From: Polyangiales bacterium
GTDB lineage: Bacteria > Myxococcota_A > Polyangia > Polyangiales > Houyiibacteriaceae
Length of the DNA stretch: 64,000 bases
Direction of reading: 5' to 3'
NCBI GenBank assembly: GCA_045106895.1
Contig: JBGCFM010000016.1
Coordinates: 1 to 64,000, forward strand
Positions 1-8,489 of this stretch are shown piece by piece. Made by a program: the position numbers and the translations under genes. Position 1 is the stretch's first letter. Each line of letters starts with the position of its first letter. Under the pieces are notes generated by a model. That model was not told where the DNA came from and searched no databases. It saw only the letters and a program-made list of their open reading frames with translations.

Positions 1-1132
1 AGTCCGCTCGGAAGGGACGCAGGTCGTTGACCGTCAGGACCGTGCAGGCTTCGGTGAGTCCGTAGCCGATGACGACGGGGAGCCCCAGCTCGTAGAAACG
101 CTGCGCGCGCGCTTCGTCCACAAACGCGCCACCGCAGAAGAGGTAGCGCAGGTTTGGTCCAAGCTTCTCGAGGACCGGCTTCATCACACGTCGGCTCACG
201 TCGTGATTAGGCTTACGCATCGTGAGCGCAGCGTTGAGCTGCTGCAGCCCGTCTAGTACGTAACGTTCGACGTTCGTTCGTTCGTCGAGTTGCTCGTCGA
301 GACGTCGTTCGAAGGCCTCGAGGATGAGCGGCACCACAGACATGTGCGTGATGTTCTCGTTCTGTAGAACGTGGCGAATCAGCTCGGGGCGCAGCGAGCG
401 CTGATGAAGGACCGTCGCGCCACATGCGAAGGGACCCACAAATCCACACATGAAGTCGATGGCGTGGTTGGTGGGGAGCACTGAGAAGTAACGTTCGCCC
501 ACCTTCATGGGGAATAGCTCCATCAGTGAGTCGTACTGGGCGAGGTAGTTGTCATGCGTGAGCATGCAGCCTTTGGGGTCGCCGCCGGTGCCACTGGAGT
601 ACACCAGCGTGGCTTGGTCCGAGCGTTGTCGTGTGACGAACTCGGGCGCCTTGGCCGGTGTCAGCTCTTCCCAGCGGTGCGTCCGTGGGGGCGGGGTCTC
701 GCCGCTCGGCAGTTCCGTGACCCAGGTCTCGAGGTCGAGTTTGCCGGCTTTGACGCCGTTCATCAGCCGCCACTCGCCATACTCGGTGATGAGCACCTTG
801 GGTGTCGCGTGGCGTAGGAGCGTCTCTTGTTCGTCCGCCTCCAGCTTGTAGTCGATGGGCACGAGGATCGCGCCGCGGAAGAAAATGGCATAGGCCGAGA
901 GCAACCAAGCGCTCTGGTTGCTCATGATGATGGCAACGCGGTCGCCTGCGCCAACGCCGCTCTCTTGGAGTGCTCGCGCCAGCTGGGCGCCTCGACGCAT
1001 GACGTCGAGGTAAGTGTATTCCGCGGCGACGCGCTTGCGGCTCATCTCGATGAGCGCTGTTTCGCTCTTGTACTGAATGAGCGAATCACGAAGGAGGTCG
1101 CCGAGGCTCGTGTAGTGGTCCGAGGGAATCAT
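1..1132 (-). CDS. Long-chain fatty acid-CoA/ACP ligase (AMP-binding family), truncated by window edge
   Basis: Not in the ORF track; translated by hand from ATG at 1132 (MIPSDHYTSLGDLLRD...). Adenylation motifs YSSGTGGDPKG and GYGLTE. Frame stays open to position 1. Confidence 0.92.
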   Translation of the reverse strand, partial: MIPSDHYTSLGDLLRDSLIQYKSETALIEMSRKRVAAEYTYLDVMRRGAQLARALQESGVGAGDRVAIIMSNQSAWLLSAYAIFFRGAILVPIDYKLEADEQETLLRHATPKVLITEYGEWRLMNGVKAGKLDLETWVTELPSGETPPPRTHRWEELTPAKAPEFVTRQRSDQATLVYSSGTGGDPKGCMLTHDNYLAQYDSLMELFPMKVGERYFSVLPTNHAIDFMCGFVGPFACGATVLHQRSLRPELIRHVLQNENITHMSVVPLILEAFERRLDEQLDERTNVERYVLDGLQQLNAALTMRKPNHDVSRRVMKPVLEKLGPNLRYLFCGGAFVDEARAQRFYELGLPVVIGYGLTEACTVLTVNDLRPFRAD

Positions 1133-1134
1133 CG

Positions 1135-1374
1135 CTAAATTCGTTTCTCAATGACCGACGCAAGGGCTGTGAAAGTCTTCACTCCTTGAAGCTCGTAGTC
1201 TGGAACTTCGACGTCAAACTCGTCTTCGACGTCGGTCATCAGCTCCATCGCTTGAAAGCTATCGATGCCCAGGGCGTCGAAGAAATCATCGTCGGGGTTC
1301 ATCCCGTCGCGGGAACGCTCGAAGCGTTTGGCCGCAAGGTCCATCAGTTTGGAAACTAGTTCTTCTCGACTCAT
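1135..1374 (-). CDS. Acyl carrier protein (79 aa)
   Basis: LGIDSFQAMEL phosphopantetheine site; acidic. Start taken at MSREEL, downstream of a purine-rich RBS-like stretch. Confidence 0.92.
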   Translation of the reverse strand: MSREELVSKLMDLAAKRFERSRDGMNPDDDFFDALGIDSFQAMELMTDVEDEFDVEVPDYELQGVKTFTALASVIEKRI

Positions 1375-1414
1375 CGTCTGCTTCTCTTCTCGCTTACGGT
1401 CACGGCGGGCATAT

Positions 1415-2428
1415 TCATGGCAGGTAGGGGCGTACGTCTGTCGACTCGACGAAGCGCCGCAATGCGGCCTCAACGACGGGCGAGCCCATCATCTCAATGA
1501 AGAGGTCTTTTTCTCGCTCGAGCTCTTCGTGCGGGAGCGTCTTGGTGAAGGCTTTGGCTCGGGCCGTCGTCGCCGCGTCGAAGCGGCCCGCTTGTTCTGC
1601 AACTTTGCGCGCGACGCTCACGGCTTCGCCTCGGGCGACGACCTGCGACACGAGGCCGACTTCGCGTGCGCGTTTGGCGTTGAGGCTCCGCCCGGTCAGA
1701 AGGATGTCGCGCACGACGGCGTTTCCGAGGTCTCGGCGAAGGCGTGGGATCCCTCCGAAACCCGGAACCAATCCGAGCCGAAGCTCGGGGAAGGCGAAGC
1801 GCGCGCTCTTGTCCGCGACGATGATGTCTGCGGTCAGAGCCAGCTCGAAGCCGCCGCCGAAGCAGACGCCATGAACCGCCGCGATGGTGGTGATGGGCGC
1901 CATGTCGAGGGTGTTGAAAACGGCGTGAATGCGATCGATGAAGCCGCGGACTTCGTGGGCCATTCCGAGTTTGCCGAGGCCGGTTCGTGCGAGGAGGCTG
2001 CCTTTGTTGCCGGCCACGAGGCCTTCATGAAGCTCGCGGAGGTCGGCGCCGGCGCTGAATCCGCGGCGAACGGAGCTGAAGAAGAGCAGGGCGCTCGCGC
2101 CTCCGGCTCCGGCACGAACAAGAGTCGCGAGTTTCTCAAGCTCCGTCAGGCAGGTTGTCCCGATCTCGTTGCAAGGCTCACGGTGCATCTCGACTTCGAG
2201 GGTGGTGCTTCCTTTTTCGGAGCCTTCGTGAGGAACAAGACGCCAGCGAAGCGCCTCCCCGTCGAAGCTCAGAGGAGGGATCTCGTGTTTGACCACGGGC
2301 GCAGGTGCGCCAGCCCCAAAAGCGGGCAGACCGAGGGAGCCGCGGGCGAGAGACAGCGCGCGTCGCGCAGCCAGGCGAGCTTGCCATGCTCCGATTCGGG
2401 AGCTCCAAGGCACCACGTTGTCGCTCAT
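1415..2428 (-). CDS. Enoyl-CoA hydratase/isomerase (crotonase) family protein with N-terminal extension
   Basis: FSAGADL, GGGFELALTAD and FPELRLGLVPGFGG motifs; both catalytic Glu present; 4-nt overlap with upstream gene. Confidence 0.9.
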   Translation of the reverse strand: MSDNVVPWSSRIGAWQARLAARRALSLARGSLGLPAFGAGAPAPVVKHEIPPLSFDGEALRWRLVPHEGSEKGSTTLEVEMHREPCNEIGTTCLTELEKLATLVRAGAGGASALLFFSSVRRGFSAGADLRELHEGLVAGNKGSLLARTGLGKLGMAHEVRGFIDRIHAVFNTLDMAPITTIAAVHGVCFGGGFELALTADIIVADKSARFAFPELRLGLVPGFGGIPRLRRDLGNAVVRDILLTGRSLNAKRAREVGLVSQVVARGEAVSVARKVAEQAGRFDAATTARAKAFTKTLPHEELEREKDLFIEMMGSPVVEAALRRFVESTDVRPYLP

Positions 2429-4140
2429 GCTCTCGCCTCGGGACGAGGCGCGACCTTTGGCGCTTGTCGTTTCTCAACACGCTCGACGAGCGCTTCCACG
2501 GCCGGCGCGAGGGAAGGCAGGTGCTTCCACGGGTCTCCGGGTTCGCCGTTGGCGAGGACCTCGCCGAGCTCTTCCCGAAACGGGAACTCGGGGTGACGCG
2601 CGCGAACATAGTCGACGAGGATCATTCCCATCTCGCCCATGCGCTGCAGGTTCTTGTAAACACAATCGTCGATGCCCTGACGGATGCTCTCCTCGTTGTC
2701 CGCCATCTGGTGGAGCACCTTGAGAAGGTTCTCCGCGAGGTTCGGATCTTCCACCTCAAGGGCGAGTTCGGGGGAACCACGGTCGATCATCAGGTTTCGA
2801 ATGCGCTCATCCATGGTGATGCCAGCGCTGATCACACCGCCGGACATGGTCATGACGCACGCGTGATAGCGGCTCGACACCATGAAGCGCGCCTGACGCA
2901 TGGCGCTCACCATGTCGTACATATTGTGTTCGTCGCTCACGATGACGGGAAACCCGCCGCCGAGCTTTTCGTTGAGGGCTTCGCCGGCGATACGGTCGAC
3001 CTGCTCGGAGCCGAACATGACGGGGAAGACATCGTTCGTCTTACGGAACTCATTGACCGCATCGGCGATGGCCGTGAGGTACTGCTCCTGCTTGTCGTCC
3101 ACCTCGCGCCCTTCAGCGTGGAAGTAGATGCTAGCGTAGTGAGACTCGTCGTAGAGGCCGCTGAAGGAGTTGACGACGCCTCGCCCGAGGTTGGGCTTCA
3201 CCGGCCACCAGAAGGGGTTGATCGGCACGAGGGCGAGGACCGGCGTGACACCATCCCAGCCTGCGTCCGTGAGAATTTTGTGACCCACTTCAGGCGGCGA
3301 AGGGTCGAAGGTCCACGCCGTGTCTGTTCCGCTTCGTGAAGCGACGCCGAGCTCGCTCAGCACGCCCTTTGACGCATCGTTTCGCGCGATAATCAACGTC
3401 TCTTGGCAGTAGCGCCGGACGAGGTCCTGGAGCGCAGGGTCCATCTTGCCGGCTTCGCCTCCGTAGCCGACGGCGAGCTTGCCCTCCGCCGCGGCGAGGC
3501 CGATGGCGCCGACCATGAACGTCGAGAGTGCGTTGGCGAACTTGCTCTTGAACATCGAACCTTCGCAGGCGATGACGGCGTGGTGTGTGTGGACGGTGTC
3601 GTAGAGAGTCTTGGGGAAGACCTTTGGCAGCAAGATCTGCTGCACGGTTCGGAAGTACCCGCGAGTGAGTTCCTTATCGAGCGTGTAGATGCTCATCTCC
3701 ACATGCTCGTCGCCGAAGAGGTGGCGGAACTGGCGGATCATTTCATCGACGCGGACGTCGGCGCCGGTGTTGCGTGTTCCGGCGTATCCAGCGAGTAGAA
3801 GCTTGAGGGGCTTGCCGGGCTCCCACTGCTCCCCGGCGTCGAGGGCGTAGCGGCTCGCCGCCAGCTCGAGGGTGGCGCTCATCGCCATCATCAGCGCGCG
3901 GTCGGAGTTGAGCCGGTCTTCGACCTCGCTCTTTGCGGCCTTGGCGATGTCTTTGAGCACGCCGAAGATGGACTCCTTGTCCTTCTTCTCAAGCTTCTCG
4001 CGGAGCTCGTCGACGTAGCCTCGCATATCGCCCCAGCCCTTCGACGTGGCGCTGGCCGCCGGCTGGGTGTCGCTGTCTGGAACGGGCGTGGTGTCCTTGG
4101 CCGGTCGCCATACGCGCAGCTTTTTACCGCTTTCGCTCAT
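2425..4140 (-). CDS. Polysaccharide pyruvyl transferase-like protein with charged N-terminal extension
   Basis: GYAGTRNTGAD, ARNDAS, GTDTAW and VSSRYHA match the CsaB/WcaK-type motif series. Confidence 0.75.
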   Translation of the reverse strand: MSESGKKLRVWRPAKDTTPVPDSDTQPAASATSKGWGDMRGYVDELREKLEKKDKESIFGVLKDIAKAAKSEVEDRLNSDRALMMAMSATLELAASRYALDAGEQWEPGKPLKLLLAGYAGTRNTGADVRVDEMIRQFRHLFGDEHVEMSIYTLDKELTRGYFRTVQQILLPKVFPKTLYDTVHTHHAVIACEGSMFKSKFANALSTFMVGAIGLAAAEGKLAVGYGGEAGKMDPALQDLVRRYCQETLIIARNDASKGVLSELGVASRSGTDTAWTFDPSPPEVGHKILTDAGWDGVTPVLALVPINPFWWPVKPNLGRGVVNSFSGLYDESHYASIYFHAEGREVDDKQEQYLTAIADAVNEFRKTNDVFPVMFGSEQVDRIAGEALNEKLGGGFPVIVSDEHNMYDMVSAMRQARFMVSSRYHACVMTMSGGVISAGITMDERIRNLMIDRGSPELALEVEDPNLAENLLKVLHQMADNEESIRQGIDDCVYKNLQRMGEMGMILVDYVRARHPEFPFREELGEVLANGEPGDPWKHLPSLAPAVEALVERVEKRQAPKVAPRPEARA

Positions 4141-5288
4141 GCCCGCACCTCCGCCGCGGAAGGCGTGGGCTCAGGGGGAAGGGGCTTGGCTGGGAAGGAG
4201 TAGTTCACCTTCTTCGCGTAGGTGTAGAGGTCCGCGCAGTACTCCGTGAAGGGCACCGGCTTCAGGCCAAGGTGCTCCGTTGCGCGCTCGTTCGCGAAGA
4301 CGGTGTCGTAGGTGATGTAGGGCAGGAACACCTTGAAGAGTGAGCCCACCATGGTTGCTGTGTTGCGCGCACGTGAGCCTGCGAGCTGGTTCATGATGCT
4401 TGCAAAGGGGCCTTGAAGAGGCTTCGCGAACACCGGAGGTCGCTTGCCGGCGCCGGAGACGAGGGCGGAGGCGATCTCCTTGGCGGACTTCGACGCGCGA
4501 CCCGCTGAGAGGTGGTAGATGTCGTGTTTGACCGGCTCCGTGTGAATGCGCGCGATGGCACGCCCAACCCAGTCCGCGTTGACGATATCAACACGGCCTG
4601 ACGCGGCGAAGGGCACGACGGGGAGGTCCGAGAGGACGCAGAACGCGCGGACCATGTCGAACTGCGTCGTTGTTCCGAAGCGCGAATCGCCCATGACCGT
4701 GGAAGGGCGCAGGAATGTCTTTTCCACGTCCGGGAGCAGCTCGCGGACCATGTGCTCACAGAATTTCTTGGTGCGGCCGTAGGGGTCGTAGTCGCTTCGA
4801 TTCCAATCGATGGCGTCGTCTTCTTCCACCACTTCGCTGTCGCGCTCTCCGGCGACGGCGACGGTGGACACGTGACTGAAGCGCCGAAGGCCGTGGTCAT
4901 CTTGAGCCGCGCGGGCGAGCTTGATGACGGCGAGCGTTCCGCGGAGGTTATTGTTGAGGCACGCCTTCGCGCTCTTACGGTTGAGCGACGCGGCGATGTG
5001 AAGCACCGAGCCAATGGTCTTCTTCAGACGCGCGTAGGTGACTTCGTCGATGCCAAGTCGAGGGCTCGTTAGGTCGCCAGGGACGAACTCGACGCGCTCC
5101 AGGAACCCGTAGAATGTCTCCGCGTCCATGTGCAGCTGCATGGCCTTCCAGAGCTTCGCGATGCCTTCTTCGCGGCTCTTCGCGCGGGTGAGCATTGCGA
5201 GGCGCACGTCCGTCTCTCGAAGGAGAACGTTCGCCGCGTACGAGCCGAGGAAGCCGGTCGCGCCGGTCGTAAAGATGAGTTCGCTCAT
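4137..5288 (-). CDS. Extended SDR / thioester-reductase-like oxidoreductase (NAD_binding_4)
   Basis: TGATGFLG, HIAA, HVSTVAV, YGRTK (YxxxK), LRPS. Confidence 0.88.
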   Translation of the reverse strand: MSELIFTTGATGFLGSYAANVLLRETDVRLAMLTRAKSREEGIAKLWKAMQLHMDAETFYGFLERVEFVPGDLTSPRLGIDEVTYARLKKTIGSVLHIAASLNRKSAKACLNNNLRGTLAVIKLARAAQDDHGLRRFSHVSTVAVAGERDSEVVEEDDAIDWNRSDYDPYGRTKKFCEHMVRELLPDVEKTFLRPSTVMGDSRFGTTTQFDMVRAFCVLSDLPVVPFAASGRVDIVNADWVGRAIARIHTEPVKHDIYHLSAGRASKSAKEIASALVSGAGKRPPVFAKPLQGPFASIMNQLAGSRARNTATMVGSLFKVFLPYITYDTVFANERATEHLGLKPVPFTEYCADLYTYAKKVNYSFPAKPLPPEPTPSAAEVRA

Positions 5289-5325
5289 GATGTGTTCTTC
5301 TCAGTGTGTGATCAGGCTGTGTGAA

Positions 5326-6969
5326 TCAGGCGCTCGCGCGCGCGGGTGCTTCGCTCGGGCGCTCAGCGCGCAGCTGCGGAGTCACTTCTCGGGGCGGAAG
5401 CGGCGGGTCCTCGGGAACTTTTTCATTGCGCAAGAGCGGGATGGACCACTTCTCGAGCCCTGGGATCTGAACCTTCAGCCAGTAGGTGCGCCAGCACAGG
5501 TCCTCGATGTCGAAGCCAAAGTCGCGGGCATCTTCTTCGCTCAGCGCGTTCGTCGCGTCGGCGAGATTCTGGGTGATGAAGGTGTATCGGAGGTCGTGAA
5601 TAAACGGTCGGTATTGACGAAGCATATCCTCGACCAGTGTGAGCTTTCGGTCCGTCGTTCGCGCATTCATCGAGAGCTCCTTTAGAGCCTCGTTGCGCTT
5701 CTTACCGTCGATCTTCCGGTAGAGCTTGGGCGAAACGGAGTCCTCGAGGTCAAAGCGCCGAAGCGTCCCGCGAAGGCCCTTGGCCATGTCTCTGAGTCGG
5801 GCGTAGCCAAGGATCTGCGGGCGATCCGGGCTGTAGCAAACAGGGTCGATACGTCGGAGCACGTTCCGCTCGAAGGCGTCGTCACTCTGCGCGTGGGTTT
5901 GGCGACAGCCGAGCCCCGTCAGTTCGACGGCGCGCTCGAAGGTGAGCGGATTCTGCTGCGATGACGCGCAGTGATAGATGCTCTTCGCCTCGTCTCGAAG
6001 TGCCGCCGCCACGACGACGACCATGCAGCGCGAGACGGTGTCGACGGGGACGACGTCGAAGTGATTGTTAGGCTTGGCCGGGAAGCGCTGAAAGCTGCTG
6101 CTCAAGAGCCACACGATGGGGCCCGAAGTGTTGATGCCTTCGTTCCAGCCCGGGAAGGGGTAGCTCTGCGCGCACTCGACGATGGCGGGACGGAAGGTGG
6201 TCTGGCGGATGTCCTTCCGCGCCTCCAAGAGATGCTCGGACAGGCCCTTGCTAAAGGTGTAGATGTTCGGCCAGCCGAGTCGGACACCGCGCGCGATGGC
6301 AAAGTCGATGCGGTCTTTCTTCTTCTCAAGTTTGGCGATGCCTTCTTCGAGAATTGCGATCTCTTCGGCGGGATCGAAACGGACACCCGTCGGCGAGACG
6401 CCCACCTCGATGTGCTCGGGAATCTCGCCGCTCTGCAGACCCGCGACGAAGCATGTCGAGACGTGAACGTAGCGGCCAGCCGGTGAGAGCGCAGCGAGAT
6501 CGGCAGCGTGCCTGGCGCCGTGAATGTTCGCTTCGATGGCGAAGATTGGGTCCGGCTCGAAGTCCGTAAGTCCTGCGAAGTGAACGACGACGTCCACATC
6601 CGACATCATCTGCTTGGCTTCGGCGGGCTGCAGGCCGCAGAGCGGCGCGACGAGCTTCGCTTCCACGACGACAACCTTCTCCGCCATGAGGTCTCGGAGC
6701 TCCTGTCCAAGCTCCTCGCGAAGCGGGCGGAACACGGGAGACGACTCGAAGATCGTCTGAAAGCGCTCGGCGGCGCTCTGTTCTTTCTTGCCGCGAATAA
6801 CGAGGGTTAGCTTCTTGATGTCTCGGAGCTGATCGAGAAGCATCGCGATCCAGACCTTGCCAAGAAAACCCGTCACGCCGGTGGCAACAATGTGCTTGCC
6901 GGCGAAGGTCTCGTTGAGCGAAGGGCTAGAAGAAGGACGGGCCTGTAGAGGAGCGTTCATAGTGTTCAC
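5326..6969 (-). CDS. Fatty acyl-CoA/ACP reductase (FAR, male-sterility type)
   Basis: TGVTGFLGKV, HVSTCFVAG, GWPNIYTFSK, RPAIVE...PFPGW.EG and DVVPVD are alcohol-forming FAR motifs; C-terminal sterile-like domain. Confidence 0.9.
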   Translation of the reverse strand: MNTMNAPLQARPSSSPSLNETFAGKHIVATGVTGFLGKVWIAMLLDQLRDIKKLTLVIRGKKEQSAAERFQTIFESSPVFRPLREELGQELRDLMAEKVVVVEAKLVAPLCGLQPAEAKQMMSDVDVVVHFAGLTDFEPDPIFAIEANIHGARHAADLAALSPAGRYVHVSTCFVAGLQSGEIPEHIEVGVSPTGVRFDPAEEIAILEEGIAKLEKKKDRIDFAIARGVRLGWPNIYTFSKGLSEHLLEARKDIRQTTFRPAIVECAQSYPFPGWNEGINTSGPIVWLLSSSFQRFPAKPNNHFDVVPVDTVSRCMVVVVAAALRDEAKSIYHCASSQQNPLTFERAVELTGLGCRQTHAQSDDAFERNVLRRIDPVCYSPDRPQILGYARLRDMAKGLRGTLRRFDLEDSVSPKLYRKIDGKKRNEALKELSMNARTTDRKLTLVEDMLRQYRPFIHDLRYTFITQNLADATNALSEEDARDFGFDIEDLCWRTYWLKVQIPGLEKWSIPLLRNEKVPEDPPLPPREVTPQLRAERPSEAPARASA

Positions 6970-7025
6970 ACGGGGACTGCGGGAAGGCGCGAGTACTCGG
7001 CCTTGTTTCTACTTCTCGACGTTTT

Positions 7026-7697
7026 CTACTTCTCGACGACGGGCCACGAGTGGTCCTTGGCGAGGCGGCGCAGCTGTCGGTCGGGGTTGACCGCGCACGG
7101 CTGCCCGATGGCGCTCATCAGCAGGCTGTCGGCGGCTTGGGCGCCGTAGGCCCAGGAGGCGCTGAGATCGATGTTGTTCTCACTCGCGAAGCTACGTGCC
7201 CACTGACCCGCGACGTTTCCGCCGATGACCGGTTCTTCAAGACGTCCCGTGGCCTTGTTCTTACGAAACTCGAGGCGGTTGCAGATGAGGTCGTCCGCAC
7301 CGAGCATCTCGGCGACGGGCGCGACGATGAGGTCGATGTTGTCGCTGATGAGGATGATGCGCCGGCCTTGCTTCTTGGCCTTCTTGAGGAGATCCCGGCC
7401 GACCTCGACGACGTCGTCCTTGAGGTACTTGTCGAAGTACTCTTCGGCGAGAACGTGGAGGCGGTCTTCGCTCATTCCGCGAACGCCCATCCAGGTCACT
7501 TTGGTTGCGGCGGAGCCTGCGGAGAGCTCTCCAGCGAGGGCGAGGGGCGCGGCCAGAGCGACATTTCCAAGGCGAGCGATCCGCTCACCGAAGCCCTGCG
7601 CGTTGGACGCCAAGTAGGCGGCAGCGGCAAGGGTGGAGCGAGGGCTGAGGGTGCCTTCGAAACGAAAAAACGCGGCGGATGCAGCCGAATCGGACAT
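7026..7697 (-). CDS. HAD-IB family hydrolase homolog with degenerate catalytic motifs
   Basis: HAD-IB layout (FFxxEGTL, IILIS, SWAYG...D, AVNPDRQL); the DxD motif reads RFE. Confidence 0.82.
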   Translation of the reverse strand: MSDSAASAAFFRFEGTLSPRSTLAAAAYLASNAQGFGERIARLGNVALAAPLALAGELSAGSAATKVTWMGVRGMSEDRLHVLAEEYFDKYLKDDVVEVGRDLLKKAKKQGRRIILISDNIDLIVAPVAEMLGADDLICNRLEFRKNKATGRLEEPVIGGNVAGQWARSFASENNIDLSASWAYGAQAADSLLMSAIGQPCAVNPDRQLRRLAKDHSWPVVEK

Positions 7698-7736
7698 GGA
7701 GACTCCAGAACTTCAGGGCGCTTTTGAGCGCAAAAT

Positions 7737-7804
7737 AACTAGACTGACGTGTCAGTGCACTTTCGTGCTGCGGCGGCTTAGCTCAACTAGACTGACGTGT
7801 CAGT
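7737..7804. promoter_or_regulatory. Tandem operator: two identical 20-bp boxes AACTAGACTGACGTGTCAGT (7737-7756, 7785-7804)
   Basis: Exact direct repeat with 48-bp period; each copy contains the palindrome ACTGAC-N2-GTCAGT; 40-107 bp upstream of the lipid operon start. Confidence 0.75.
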
Positions 7805-8382
7805 TATTTTTTATTTCGCGGGCCCAATGAGGACACAGAATCCCAGCTAACGAGGCCTACCATGCTGCCAGCGAGGGCTCCGGCTCCGACGTTGATGGCC
7901 AAAGCGGGCGCCTCAAGTGGCCCGTGTGGGACAAAGTCGGCGGCTATGGCCATCAAGATCATGTTGCAGGCCCATCCCACAGCCATCCTGCCGACGTGTG
8001 AGGGTTCCTGGACGAGGCGCCTCTGGGCGAGGCCGACGAGAGCTCCAAGGATCGCTCCCGCGCACCCTGCGAAGAGCAGCACGGTTCCCATGGAAGGGGC
8101 GGCGCTGGGCTCAAAAAGGCTAGCGACGGCCCCCAGCGCCCACGCGACGCCGAAGGCGCCCGCGGTGAGGAGGACCCAGCGACCACGCGGCACGTTCAGC
8201 ACGCTGGCTTGGGCGGTGCCGATGAGGACGCCTTCGAGGATCCCCATGAGGACCATGAGGGCGGGCAAGAGTACCAGGCCGAAGCCTTCCGCAGGGACCA
8301 TAGAGAAGAGCGCTCCGAAGAGCGCACTCAAGAGCATGGCGCCGGCTTCGCCGATCGCGTTGGCAGCAATCCAGCGCTTCAC
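7804..8382 (-). CDS. Hypothetical integral membrane protein (~6 TM, Gly/Ala-rich)
   Basis: Repeated hydrophobic helices with G..IG.AQ / GALVGLAQ internal repeat. Confidence 0.75.
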   Translation of the reverse strand: MKRWIAANAIGEAGAMLLSALFGALFSMVPAEGFGLVLLPALMVLMGILEGVLIGTAQASVLNVPRGRWVLLTAGAFGVAWALGAVASLFEPSAAPSMGTVLLFAGCAGAILGALVGLAQRRLVQEPSHVGRMAVGWACNMILMAIAADFVPHGPLEAPALAINVGAGALAGSMVGLVSWDSVSSLGPRNKK

Positions 8383-8489
8383 CCGGAGGTCATACGGTGT
8401 TTTGACGGCGGGTGCACCGAGTCTCTGCGGGCCTCGGACGGCGGGCGCGGGTGCTTGCTGCGTTCCCGCCGCTCACCTAGCGTGCGCCC

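Noticed and set aside
213..908. Short ORFs suggesting a pseudogene at the left edge
   Set aside because: A single uninterrupted minus-strand frame from 1132 to the edge encodes the acyl ligase; it was probably omitted from the ORF track because its stop lies outside the window.
1265..2596. Long alternative-frame and antisense ORFs (e.g. 1265-2596+, 2305-3339+, 9965-11059+, 46105-47403-, 59614-61023-)
   Set aside because: They shadow well-supported genes, have no recognisable motifs and are expected from stop-codon scarcity in GC-rich DNA.
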